Virus record (IMG/VR): IMGVR_UViG_3300020050_009224
Location: 1 to 64,000 of that record
From: a virus
Taxonomy: Duplodnaviria > Caudoviricetes
Strand: one strand, 5' to 3'
Length of the DNA: 64,000 nucleotides
The notes below the pieces were generated by a model. It worked only from the letters and a program-made list of their open reading frames with translations, made no database searches and was not told the origin of the DNA. Position numbers and translations under genes: made by a program. Below, piece after piece: positions 1 to 8,188 of the stretch (position 1 is its first letter; each line of letters begins with the position of its first letter).

Positions 1-3000
1 GAAAAGAAAACTAGAACTAAAGCTAAAAAAGAAACTAAGGTTGCTCCTACTAAAAAACCTAAAGAAAATTTTAAAGAAGCTATAGAAAGAATAAACAAGG
101 AAAGGGAGTTTAACAGTAGTTTTTTTATTGCTTTTTTCATTTTTCTTAGTTTCTTTTTTTATTTTTTCAATTTTTGGATTATTAAGATAAAGCATATTAA
201 GCATGAGTCTTAAATTTTCAAATGCTTCATTTATAATTTGATTATCTTTATAATCATTTCTAAGTAAGTTATCTACTTTGTCAAGGCTATTAAATAACCA
301 AAGCTCTAGTTTATACTTTTGAAATTCATCTAATGGTAATTCACTGTATAAAAAATCAATTAAGCTTGAAATTTCATCAGTTAAATTTTCATTGTAAATA
401 GTATTAAGAAGATTAAGTTCGTCAACTGCTAATACAGTAGCATCATCTATCTCTTCAACCAATGTTTCTGTTTGTTTATATTCTAGTTTATTTCTAGCAA
501 TTTCTACTGCCAGTATTAATTTTTCATTAGTAATTTGTTGATCAGGATTTTCATAAGATTGCAAAGCTACAATATTACCTAACTGATCAGTTATAATTTC
601 ATAAGGTACTTCATTTACAGTTACAGATTCTTCACTGATAGAATCTATTTTATATTTCATGTTAAGTAACTCAGATGGAGTAGCAGAATAAAGTTCATAT
701 TCTACGCCATATTCTACATCAGATACAATAGGATCTTCTGTTTCTTCTATTTCTAACTCAATTTGTAAATCTTCAATATTTCCTATTTCATAAATAGTCA
801 AAGGAGTTTCAATAGTTACAATTCCTCCTTGAGAAATACCTAAAATACCAGTTCTATTTTTAAGAGTAATTTCTTTTCCTACAAAATCATAAATAGTCAA
901 AGGAGGCTTAGGTTGTTTAACTTCAGGTAAAATTCCTAAAGCATCCATAACATCTGGAGCCATGCCTTCTATAACTTCAGGTACAACTATTGAGGGAATA
1001 ATTGAGGGTACAACTGAGGGAATAACTTCTTCTTTTATAACAGGTACAAAAGTTAATTCCTTATTATCTATAAATTGTAAAGTAGGATTTAATCTAGGAG
1101 CTTCATTTAAATATCTATCAAAATCTAATTCTCCAGACTGATCCATAGGAATAGGATAACTTCTAATTGCAAACTTAGACTCATTAGGATCTGCAATCCA
1201 CATTTTATAATGAGTATAAGTATCAAAAACTAAACTACCATTTTTAACATCTAGTTTAGTATATGTAGAATTCTCAGCATTTAAAGTTTTCTTATCTATA
1301 TTGTATTCTTTAGTTGCAAGAAAATCTTTTAGACCTTGTACATCTCCAGACAATAATTGTTCAGAGGTAATAAATTTGTTAGTACCATAGTTAACAGTAA
1401 ATCCAGATTTAGTTTGAAACAGATAAAATCTATAGTTACTTGGCTTACCTTCTCTTGAAAAAGTATTAATATAAGTCTTAATATGATCTTCAATCATTTT
1501 AAACTTATCAGGATTCTTAGCTGCAAATTTTAATAATTCTACAGTCCTAGTAATATCTTTTTCAGTTAAAGTAGTTTTTCTTAAAGCAGTTGGAACTCCA
1601 TTAACAATTACATAAGGTAACCCAGCATAAACTTTAAATGTAGTACCATTAATAACTGTGTCTACAACTTTAGCATTACCTTCACCTATGTAAGTTTCAA
1701 TGAAAATATTAAGCAGGTCAGAATTTTTTTCTAACTCTTTATATTCTACTTCAGTTAAAACACCGCCTACAATTCCTACAGGCTGCATTTTTAAATTACC
1801 ATTTCTGGCACCTGGATTTAATCCATTTATATTTAACTGAGTTTTATTTTTTTTAACTCCTTCTAACCATTTACCATATTCCTCTGCACCTCTTTTTAGA
1901 GTGTTTTCTATAACCTCTTCTGCTTCTTCGGGAGTAAGTCCTTCTTCTATAAGAGCTTCTTCTAAATGGCTAGTTGCAAATCTTATTTCACCTAATCTAG
2001 GAGAATCTGGGTTAGTATATTTATATTCAGGTAAACTTAAAGAAGTACTAATAGGATTATTACTAGGATCTACTACCAGTTCTCCATTCTTTTTAAATAC
2101 TATTACTCTAACATTAGATTCAGCTTCTTGTAATAATGCAGCATTATCTCCAATTTCAGCTACAGTCATGAATCCACCTTTACCTTCATTCAAACTCTGA
2201 ATCCAGAATCCTAGCTTATCTCTAAGTTCAGGTAACACAGTACCTACAGACTGAGTAATAAATGTAAATTCAGATAAGTTTTTATTAGGTAAAAACCATT
2301 TGTACCAATGATATTCTGGACTATTAGGAGTTACAGAAGTTTGGTTACCTGTAGTTCTAATAAAAGTAGTCCAATCTTTATACTTAGTTTGATCAAAATT
2401 ATCATCGAACTTTATCTGACCTGCTATAATTTCTTCTGATATTTCTTCTAAAGGGCCTTGTGGATTTTCAAAATTAATCTCAGCTTGCTTTTCATTGTCT
2501 AAAATAATATCTTCAGCAGCAGCCTCTAATGCATCAATAGCCAGTCTTTCTTTTTTATAGTTTTGAATAAAAGGGAAATTATTAGTTTCAAAATCTTTAC
2601 TCAAACTATAATCTTCCTGATCTAAAGTTCTTTGATTAAATTTAGAAGGATCATTAAATGCAGAGCTAATAGCTTTTGCTAAAAATCTTCTATCTGAATT
2701 AAGTTTAGCTAAATCTGTAATATCTGTTAAAAGTTCTTTAGTAGTTAAACCGTCTTTAAGTTCTAATACATCATTAATAGTTTTAGATTTAAGAATATCA
2801 GTTAAAGTTTCAACAGCTTTAGCTCTAACTTTAGGATCATTAGAACTAAGATCATTTACAGCATCCATCAGACTTACTTCTGGATCTAATCTTTCTTTGA
2901 TGCTTTCTACTTTATCTTTTAATGCAGCTTCTAATGTAGTTTTATTAGATTTAACTGGAGTGTCATCTACTCTAATACCAAAGTTTTTATTACTTATAGA

Positions 3001-5046
3001 CTCTGTAATATTTTTAGTGAGCTTTGTATTAAGATCAGTAATTCTTTTTTCAGCCTTATGCTGACTAAACATTAAACTTACTAAATCTAATTGAGCATTG
3101 TTATTAAGTTTGCCACCAGTTATTTTATTAACCTTGTCATAATACTCTGCTGCTTTATCTATATCTTTTAAAAGAGAATCAATTTTCTCTTTATGCTCAT
3201 TAACTAATTGCTCAGGAGACTTAGCTTCACTAGTATCTATTTTATCAGATTTACCTGTACTAAGATCTGTAATATGAAGAGCATGGGCTTCTTTAATTTG
3301 CTCAGCAGACATTGAAGAACTACTTTCCATAAATTCTTTAAAGTCTTCTAATCTGCCAGTTTTAATAAATCCAAAAGCCAAATTAGCTAAGTCCTGACTT
3401 TCTTTGTTTTTAAACTCATAAAAATTACCAGTAGCAATGTCCTTAGCCATATCTGTTTGCAAGGACATACTTCTAACAATAGTTTCTCTTAGAATTTTAA
3501 TTTGTTCAGAGTCTTGATCTTCTACAGGCTTACCCATAGCAGCTCTAAGGCTCTCCATATCTTTACCTATCCTCTCATTTAAAGCTTTTCTGCTTTTAAT
3601 AGCTGTGTCTTTAAGATCATTTAATTCACTAGCCATACCCTGATTTCTGGCAGCTTCTATCTTCTGTTCAGATATATTCTTAGCTATGTTGGAACCTGGA
3701 ATAAGAGTTTTAAGACCTTTAACTTCTTGACCCTTAGAGTTTTTATATGAACTACCTGCTGGCATCATACCTCCAATTAAAGCTCCACTAACCATATTCT
3801 CCCAACCCTCTTTAGTATTAAGTTGGCCTAGTCCATAAAGGACAGAGTTCATATACTCATTAAAAGAACCTTCTGCTTCTGGATCTTGTGCTCTTTTAGA
3901 CTGATAATGTTTTTCAGTTTCACTTATAGCAAACTGTGAGCCTTCTTCTAAAGCTTCAGTTCCACTTAATTTAGCAATAGCGGTAGGTAATCCTAAAAAT
4001 TTATTATAAGGATCTGCTGCATATTTCTCACCTTCTTTAAATATTTTATAACCTAAGTTAGATTCAGCAAAAGGCTTACTAAATGCTTTACCAAATTGTA
4101 TAGCATTAGACATAGTAAGAATAGCCATATTAGCTCCAAATACTGTATTTTTAGTATTCTGTGTAATATTATCCTGTTCTTCTTTAGTTAAGCCATCCCA
4201 AACTCCTTGAGCTTTGAGATTATCTATAACTTGTTTTTCAGCATCAAAGGCTTCCATTCTAGCTTCACCTATTGACGATAAAGCTGATGTAACACCTTGG
4301 TTAATAGTATTACCCCACTGTCTGACTTTAGCTCCTTTTAAAGCTTTGTCTACGACTTGTTCTACAGTCTGTCCAGCTTTAAGAGCTTCAGATATTTCTA
4401 AACCACTTCTTTTAAGAGTATTTCTTAAGTAAGATTTAGCAACGGCTTTACCTCCAGCCTTTAAGGCAGATCCAAATCCTAGACCTGTAGCTATAGCTCC
4501 TACTGCATATCCAGCATTAGAGAAAATTGTATCTCCCCAAAAATTACCTATACCTTCTGCACTAAAAGCATTACTAAGTACAGAGCCTTCTTCATAAGCT
4601 TTAGTTCTATAAACTTCTAAACCTTGCCTAGTTTCATCAGCCCATTCTTGAACAGCTCTGGAAAATGGATTATCTATAAACTCTTCTAGATTTCCTTCAA
4701 ATCCAGTTTTTTCTCCACCCATATTTGCAAGACCAGTAAATAGTCCTATAGTTCCATCTAAAGCTGTAGAAGTGGCATTAACTGCAAATTTACCAAAGGA
4801 TCTTCCTAACTTTTCACCAGTGCCTTGGTTAAGGGCTCTAATTTCATTAAAATCAGAATTTAAAGGAGTTGAAGTAGGTGAGTCTATATAATCTTTATAG
4901 TCATCTACAAAACCTGGAAATCTTTTATACACAGGTTCAAAGTAACCTTGGCCAGATTCATTAAAATTCTGTCTTAATGGTTCTAAGGGAGATAATCCAT
5001 CTAACTGTGAAGTTGAAGCTACAAACTTACCGTTTACTCTAGGCAT
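1..5046 (-). CDS. Giant virion cargo/ejection protein (crAss-like), partial; runs off the left edge; last ~35 codons suspect (see junction finding)
   Basis: ATG at 5046 (MPRVNGKFVASTSQLDGLSPLEP...). Absence from the ORF track is consistent with no in-frame stop before base 1. N-terminal Gly/Ala-rich hydrophobic segments (NFWGDTIFSNAGYAVGAIATGLGFG...TEALEEGSQ) resemble crAss-like cargo proteins. Follows two other cargo genes; TATATTTG box ~26 nt upstream. Confidence 0.8.
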   Translation of the reverse strand, partial: MPRVNGKFVASTSQLDGLSPLEPLRQNFNESGQGYFEPVYKRFPGFVDDYKDYIDSPTSTPLNSDFNEIRALNQGTGEKLGRSFGKFAVNATSTALDGTIGLFTGLANMGGEKTGFEGNLEEFIDNPFSRAVQEWADETRQGLEVYRTKAYEEGSVLSNAFSAEGIGNFWGDTIFSNAGYAVGAIATGLGFGSALKAGGKAVAKSYLRNTLKRSGLEISEALKAGQTVEQVVDKALKGAKVRQWGNTINQGVTSALSSIGEARMEAFDAEKQVIDNLKAQGVWDGLTKEEQDNITQNTKNTVFGANMAILTMSNAIQFGKAFSKPFAESNLGYKIFKEGEKYAADPYNKFLGLPTAIAKLSGTEALEEGSQFAISETEKHYQSKRAQDPEAEGSFNEYMNSVLYGLGQLNTKEGWENMVSGALIGGMMPAGSSYKNSKGQEVKGLKTLIPGSNIAKNISEQKIEAARNQGMASELNDLKDTAIKSRKALNERIGKDMESLRAAMGKPVEDQDSEQIKILRETIVRSMSLQTDMAKDIATGNFYEFKNKESQDLANLAFGFIKTGRLEDFKEFMESSSSMSAEQIKEAHALHITDLSTGKSDKIDTSEAKSPEQLVNEHKEKIDSLLKDIDKAAEYYDKVNKITGGKLNNNAQLDLVSLMFSQHKAEKRITDLNTKLTKNITESISNKNFGIRVDDTPVKSNKTTLEAALKDKVESIKERLDPEVSLMDAVNDLSSNDPKVRAKAVETLTDILKSKTINDVLELKDGLTTKELLTDITDLAKLNSDRRFLAKAISSAFNDPSKFNQRTLDQEDYSLSKDFETNNFPFIQNYKKERLAIDALEAAAEDIILDNEKQAEINFENPQGPLEEISEEIIAGQIKFDDNFDQTKYKDWTTFIRTTGNQTSVTPNSPEYHWYKWFLPNKNLSEFTFITQSVGTVLPELRDKLGFWIQSLNEGKGGFMTVAEIGDNAALLQEAESNVRVIVFKKNGELVVDPSNNPISTSLSLPEYKYTNPDSPRLGEIRFATSHLEEALIEEGLTPEEAEEVIENTLKRGAEEYGKWLEGVKKNKTQLNINGLNPGARNGNLKMQPVGIVGGVLTEVEYKELEKNSDLLNIFIETYIGEGNAKVVDTVINGTTFKVYAGLPYVIVNGVPTALRKTTLTEKDITRTVELLKFAAKNPDKFKMIEDHIKTYINTFSREGKPSNYRFYLFQTKSGFTVNYGTNKFITSEQLLSGDVQGLKDFLATKEYNIDKKTLNAENSTYTKLDVKNGSLVFDTYTHYKMWIADPNESKFAIRSYPIPMDQSGELDFDRYLNEAPRLNPTLQFIDNKELTFVPVIKEEVIPSVVPSIIPSIVVPEVIEGMAPDVMDALGILPEVKQPKPPLTIYDFVGKEITLKNRTGILGISQGGIVTIETPLTIYEIGNIEDLQIELEIEETEDPIVSDVEYGVEYELYSATPSELLNMKYKIDSISEESVTVNEVPYEIITDQLGNIVALQSYENPDQQITNEKLILAVEIARNKLEYKQTETLVEEIDDATVLAVDELNLLNTIYNENLTDEISSLIDFLYSELPLDEFQKYKLELWLFNSLDKVDNLLRNDYKDNQIINEAFENLRLMLNMLYLNNPKIEKIKKETKKNEKSNKKTTVKLPFLVYSFYSFFKIFFRFFSRSNLSFFFSFSSSFLF

Positions 5047-5071
5047 CTGTTATTATTTAATATTGAATCTA

Positions 5072-5079
5072 CAAATATA
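5072..5079 (-). promoter_or_regulatory. Bacteroidota sigma70 -7 element TATATTTG
   Basis: Matches TAnnTTTG. TTG (-33-like) at 5100-5102, ~20 nt upstream. Lies just upstream of ATG 5046. Confidence 0.7.
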
Positions 5080-5084
5080 GTGAA

Positions 5085-5579
5085 TTAAAGGTTATTATTC
5101 AACCTGTTTAAATAATCTATTACTTTCATATTTTTAGGAGGTTTGCCATTAGTTCTTCTGTAAATATCAGCATCTACAGCAGCTTGGGCTTTATCATTAT
5201 CTCCAGTAGCCTTTAAAGCATCTAAATAAATTTTAGCTCCACCTGATCCTAAAAAGTGAATAAGGCCCATAAACATCTCTGTGGAACCTTGACCACCATA
5301 AGCTTTTTTATATTCTTCAGCTTTAGGAATAACAACAGTTTCCAAGTTATGTTTATGGTATTTTTCTTGAGCTTCTGGATTATCTATAAAAGATTGAGGA
5401 GAATCTACTCCAGTAATTTGTTTAATCTTATTACCGTGATGAGACCACATATACTGGTATTTACCTAAAGCATTAGACTCCTTATTCCAAGATTTATAAT
5501 TACCTTCAGTTAAAGCTAAAGCTGTATTGTAGCCTTTTATCTTATCCCCAGAGGATTGGCTTGTCCTTGAGGAGTCTGC
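5085..5579 (-). CDS. Lysozyme-like/lytic transglycosylase domain, probably made only as a -1 frameshift extension of the 5537..8185 protein
   Basis: Frame stays open upstream of the listed ATG (5450): ...YNTALALTEGNYKSWNKESNALGKYQYMWSHH...LIHFLGSGGA. Resembles the E-S/G-x-GNY...N..S.A.GKYQ lysozyme-fold motif. No ATG precedes the putative catalytic Glu. Confidence 0.7.
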   Translation of the reverse strand, partial: ADSSRTSQSSGDKIKGYNTALALTEGNYKSWNKESNALGKYQYMWSHHGNKIKQITGVDSPQSFIDNPEAQEKYHKHNLETVVIPKAEEYKKAYGGQGSTEMFMGLIHFLGSGGAKIYLDALKATGDNDKAQAAVDADIYRRTNGKPPKNMKVIDYLNRLNNNL

Positions 5580-8185
5580 TTTTTTCCTGTACCACTTCCT
5601 CTATACCTATAATCATTAAAGTCTAAATTACTACCAAAGGTATAAGGAGCTTCAGATAAAGTTTCAGGAAGTACATATTTAGATATTTCCATAGTAAGAT
5701 CGGCTAAAGTAACTCCTTCCATATTAGTTTTAAGATATTCATCCATAATATTATCTATAGTATTGGCGTCTAAAGTTTCCCCATATTTTGTTTTAGTGCC
5801 ATTACTTTTAACATTAGCCATTATTATAGAATTAACAAAATTATCTAATAACTTATTATCATGTGGATTACCTTGTTCACCAAGTTTAAGTTCAGCTGTG
5901 CCTATGCTCGAATTACTATAATCTGAAATAGTAATTGGTTTACCATCAGTTTCTATTCTTATACCATTTCTCACAATACCATTTCCTACGTCAGCTTTAA
6001 CCTGCCTACCTTTAATTTCTTTAGCATTAGCAATATTAGAATCTGCTTCACTTCCATAAAGCCTGTCTAAAACTGGAGTATCTTTTTCAATTTCATCTTT
6101 GTAGTTTTTCTTAGGATTGTTAAAACTAGGTGTAAAGATTTGTTGGAGAATTGATTTAGGCATACCTTGTAATTCAGTACCATGTTGGAATCCGCCACTT
6201 CCACTTTCTGTAATCTTGGTATAACCATTTAAAGTTTCAAGTAAAGCTAATCCTCCATTACCTGTAGTTGGAGTTAAGATATTTTGTCTAAGATTTTCTT
6301 TATCTACTTTAAGTCTTAGAAGTTGTTTCTCTCCTACCTCTCCTTCTTTATTAGGAACTAATCCAAAATCATCTTCGTATCCTACATTCTCATCTCCAAT
6401 ACTCCCATCTTTCTTTCTATCCAAAGTATAAACTAAATATAATCCATCACCTTGAGTTTGGAAAGTAGCAGTAGCTTTTTCTTTGTCTGTAAGATCTCCT
6501 AAAGCACTTTTAAGATGTTCTCTTTTAGTTTCAGGACTATCCCATTTATAACCTTTATTTACATGGCCATTAGCAATTTGTTGAAGATCGGAATTACCTA
6601 AATCAAAAGTAGTTAAAGCATTGTCAGTTGCAATTTTAGCAATTTGCTTGTAACCTTCATCTGGCATATTAGTATAAGAATACTGACTAACTTCTTGAGC
6701 TATATCAGAACTTGCAAAGTTTTTAATAGCTTTATCTTTAGCAGTTTCTACAGCAGCTTTTTTATCTAAGGAAGCTGCATAGTTTTTATATACTTCTTCT
6801 TTAGGTGGATTTTTAAAAGTTTGTCCATTTTGAGTATAGTCCCAATTAGAAGTATCTCCAATTGCATAGTCTACAATTTTTCTGAGTTTTCCTATATAAG
6901 AAGAAGAATTAGGATCAGCTTTGGCTAATTCTCCATTTCTAAGTAAGTTAGTTAATGTAGCAGCATCGGGAATATCAATGCCTTCAAATGTAGCTCCTTC
7001 TTGTAATCCAGTTATAGATTTATCTACAAAATCTAATAAATTTTGATCTGCTTTATTTTCAACATAGATTCTCTCTATTTCTTTCTTACCTTCAGATGAA
7101 TTATGAAAATCTTCAACAGTCTGATCATAAGAAGCCATAGCTACATATCTAGCATTTAAGTCTTTTTCAATTATAGCTTTTTTATTTGGATCAGGCTCAT
7201 TAGCTAACTTATTTTCTAAAGTTGCAATCTCTTGTTTAGCAGCTTGAGGATTACTATAATCAAATAAAGATTCAGAAAAATAACCTACTCCAGATTTAGT
7301 AGCTTGAATCAAAGCAGGTGGTTGTTCTACTTTACCACCACTACCTGACCCACTTCCATTATTTAAAGCAGAAGCTCTGTAAGTTTTACTTTCATCTGTA
7401 TTATTAATATTAAATAGTCTACCTCTTTCAAAAAAGTCAGTTACATAAGAATTTAATCCTTTTCCAGACTTGTTATAAAAATTAGAAGCTGTAGTAGCTT
7501 TAGTATTATATAAATCATTGGATACTGCTGTTAGTGTAGGATAATTTCCATTTGCAGATAAGTCTCTAATAGATTGTTTTTTAGTACCATCCCAAAAGAA
7601 TATTTCTCCTGTTTCAGTAGGAGGTAACATTTGTAATCCAGATAGTCTAGTTCTTTCTTCTGGAGTCATATGTAACCACATAGCATCTTCCTCTTTCCAA
7701 TCAGGGGCTTTAGCTGTATTAGCATAGTACTGATCTATTTGCGAAGGAGTTAAAGTTTTAAAATCTACAGCTATGGGACTACCATCTGGATTTTTATAAC
7801 CCATATAAGAACCTTGATTTTCTAATTCCCAAAGAGGCATTGTCTTAGATCTTTCAGCATCTCTAGCTCCAGATAAAACTCTGTTGTCTTGTTGATATTG
7901 AGCAGCAATTTTACTTAAATTTCTTTGAGCTTCATTAACATCTTTATTAAGCATTAACTGTTTTTGTACATCTAGAATTCTTTGAGTATAATCAGAGTTA
8001 ACTTCTTTAATTAATCCTGGAGTTAAAAATCCTTCTTGTGTAGGAAGATCAGCCATGAGTTTTCCCATAGCAGCTTGAGAAGCTTGATATTCAGCTTCTT
8101 TCTTAGCAGCTAAATCTCCAAACTTTTCTAACATATTAAAATTCCTAGGTGTATATTCACTAGGTGTACTATAAGGATTAGCCAT
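5537..8185 (-). CDS. Virion cargo/ejection protein
   Basis: 882 aa; sits between cargo protein 1 and the giant cargo gene; N-terminus (MANPYSTPSEYTPRNF, then helical) resembles crAss-like cargo proteins. Confidence 0.65.
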   Translation of the reverse strand: MANPYSTPSEYTPRNFNMLEKFGDLAAKKEAEYQASQAAMGKLMADLPTQEGFLTPGLIKEVNSDYTQRILDVQKQLMLNKDVNEAQRNLSKIAAQYQQDNRVLSGARDAERSKTMPLWELENQGSYMGYKNPDGSPIAVDFKTLTPSQIDQYYANTAKAPDWKEEDAMWLHMTPEERTRLSGLQMLPPTETGEIFFWDGTKKQSIRDLSANGNYPTLTAVSNDLYNTKATTASNFYNKSGKGLNSYVTDFFERGRLFNINNTDESKTYRASALNNGSGSGSGGKVEQPPALIQATKSGVGYFSESLFDYSNPQAAKQEIATLENKLANEPDPNKKAIIEKDLNARYVAMASYDQTVEDFHNSSEGKKEIERIYVENKADQNLLDFVDKSITGLQEGATFEGIDIPDAATLTNLLRNGELAKADPNSSSYIGKLRKIVDYAIGDTSNWDYTQNGQTFKNPPKEEVYKNYAASLDKKAAVETAKDKAIKNFASSDIAQEVSQYSYTNMPDEGYKQIAKIATDNALTTFDLGNSDLQQIANGHVNKGYKWDSPETKREHLKSALGDLTDKEKATATFQTQGDGLYLVYTLDRKKDGSIGDENVGYEDDFGLVPNKEGEVGEKQLLRLKVDKENLRQNILTPTTGNGGLALLETLNGYTKITESGSGGFQHGTELQGMPKSILQQIFTPSFNNPKKNYKDEIEKDTPVLDRLYGSEADSNIANAKEIKGRQVKADVGNGIVRNGIRIETDGKPITISDYSNSSIGTAELKLGEQGNPHDNKLLDNFVNSIIMANVKSNGTKTKYGETLDANTIDNIMDEYLKTNMEGVTLADLTMEISKYVLPETLSEAPYTFGSNLDFNDYRYRGSGTGKKQTPQGQANPLGIR
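5545..5585 (-). promoter_or_regulatory. -1 programmed ribosomal frameshift signal
   Basis: In-frame A_AAA_AAG (5585-5579), 5-nt spacer, then hairpin UCCUCA-AGGA[CAAGCCAA]UCCU-C-UGGGGA (5573-5545). Confidence 0.75.
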
Positions 8186-8188
8186 TTC

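Noticed and set aside
1-5046. Calling the giant protein the virion RNA polymerase
   Set aside because: I did not see a DxDxD-type catalytic motif in the parts I translated; the polymerase probably lies outside the window.
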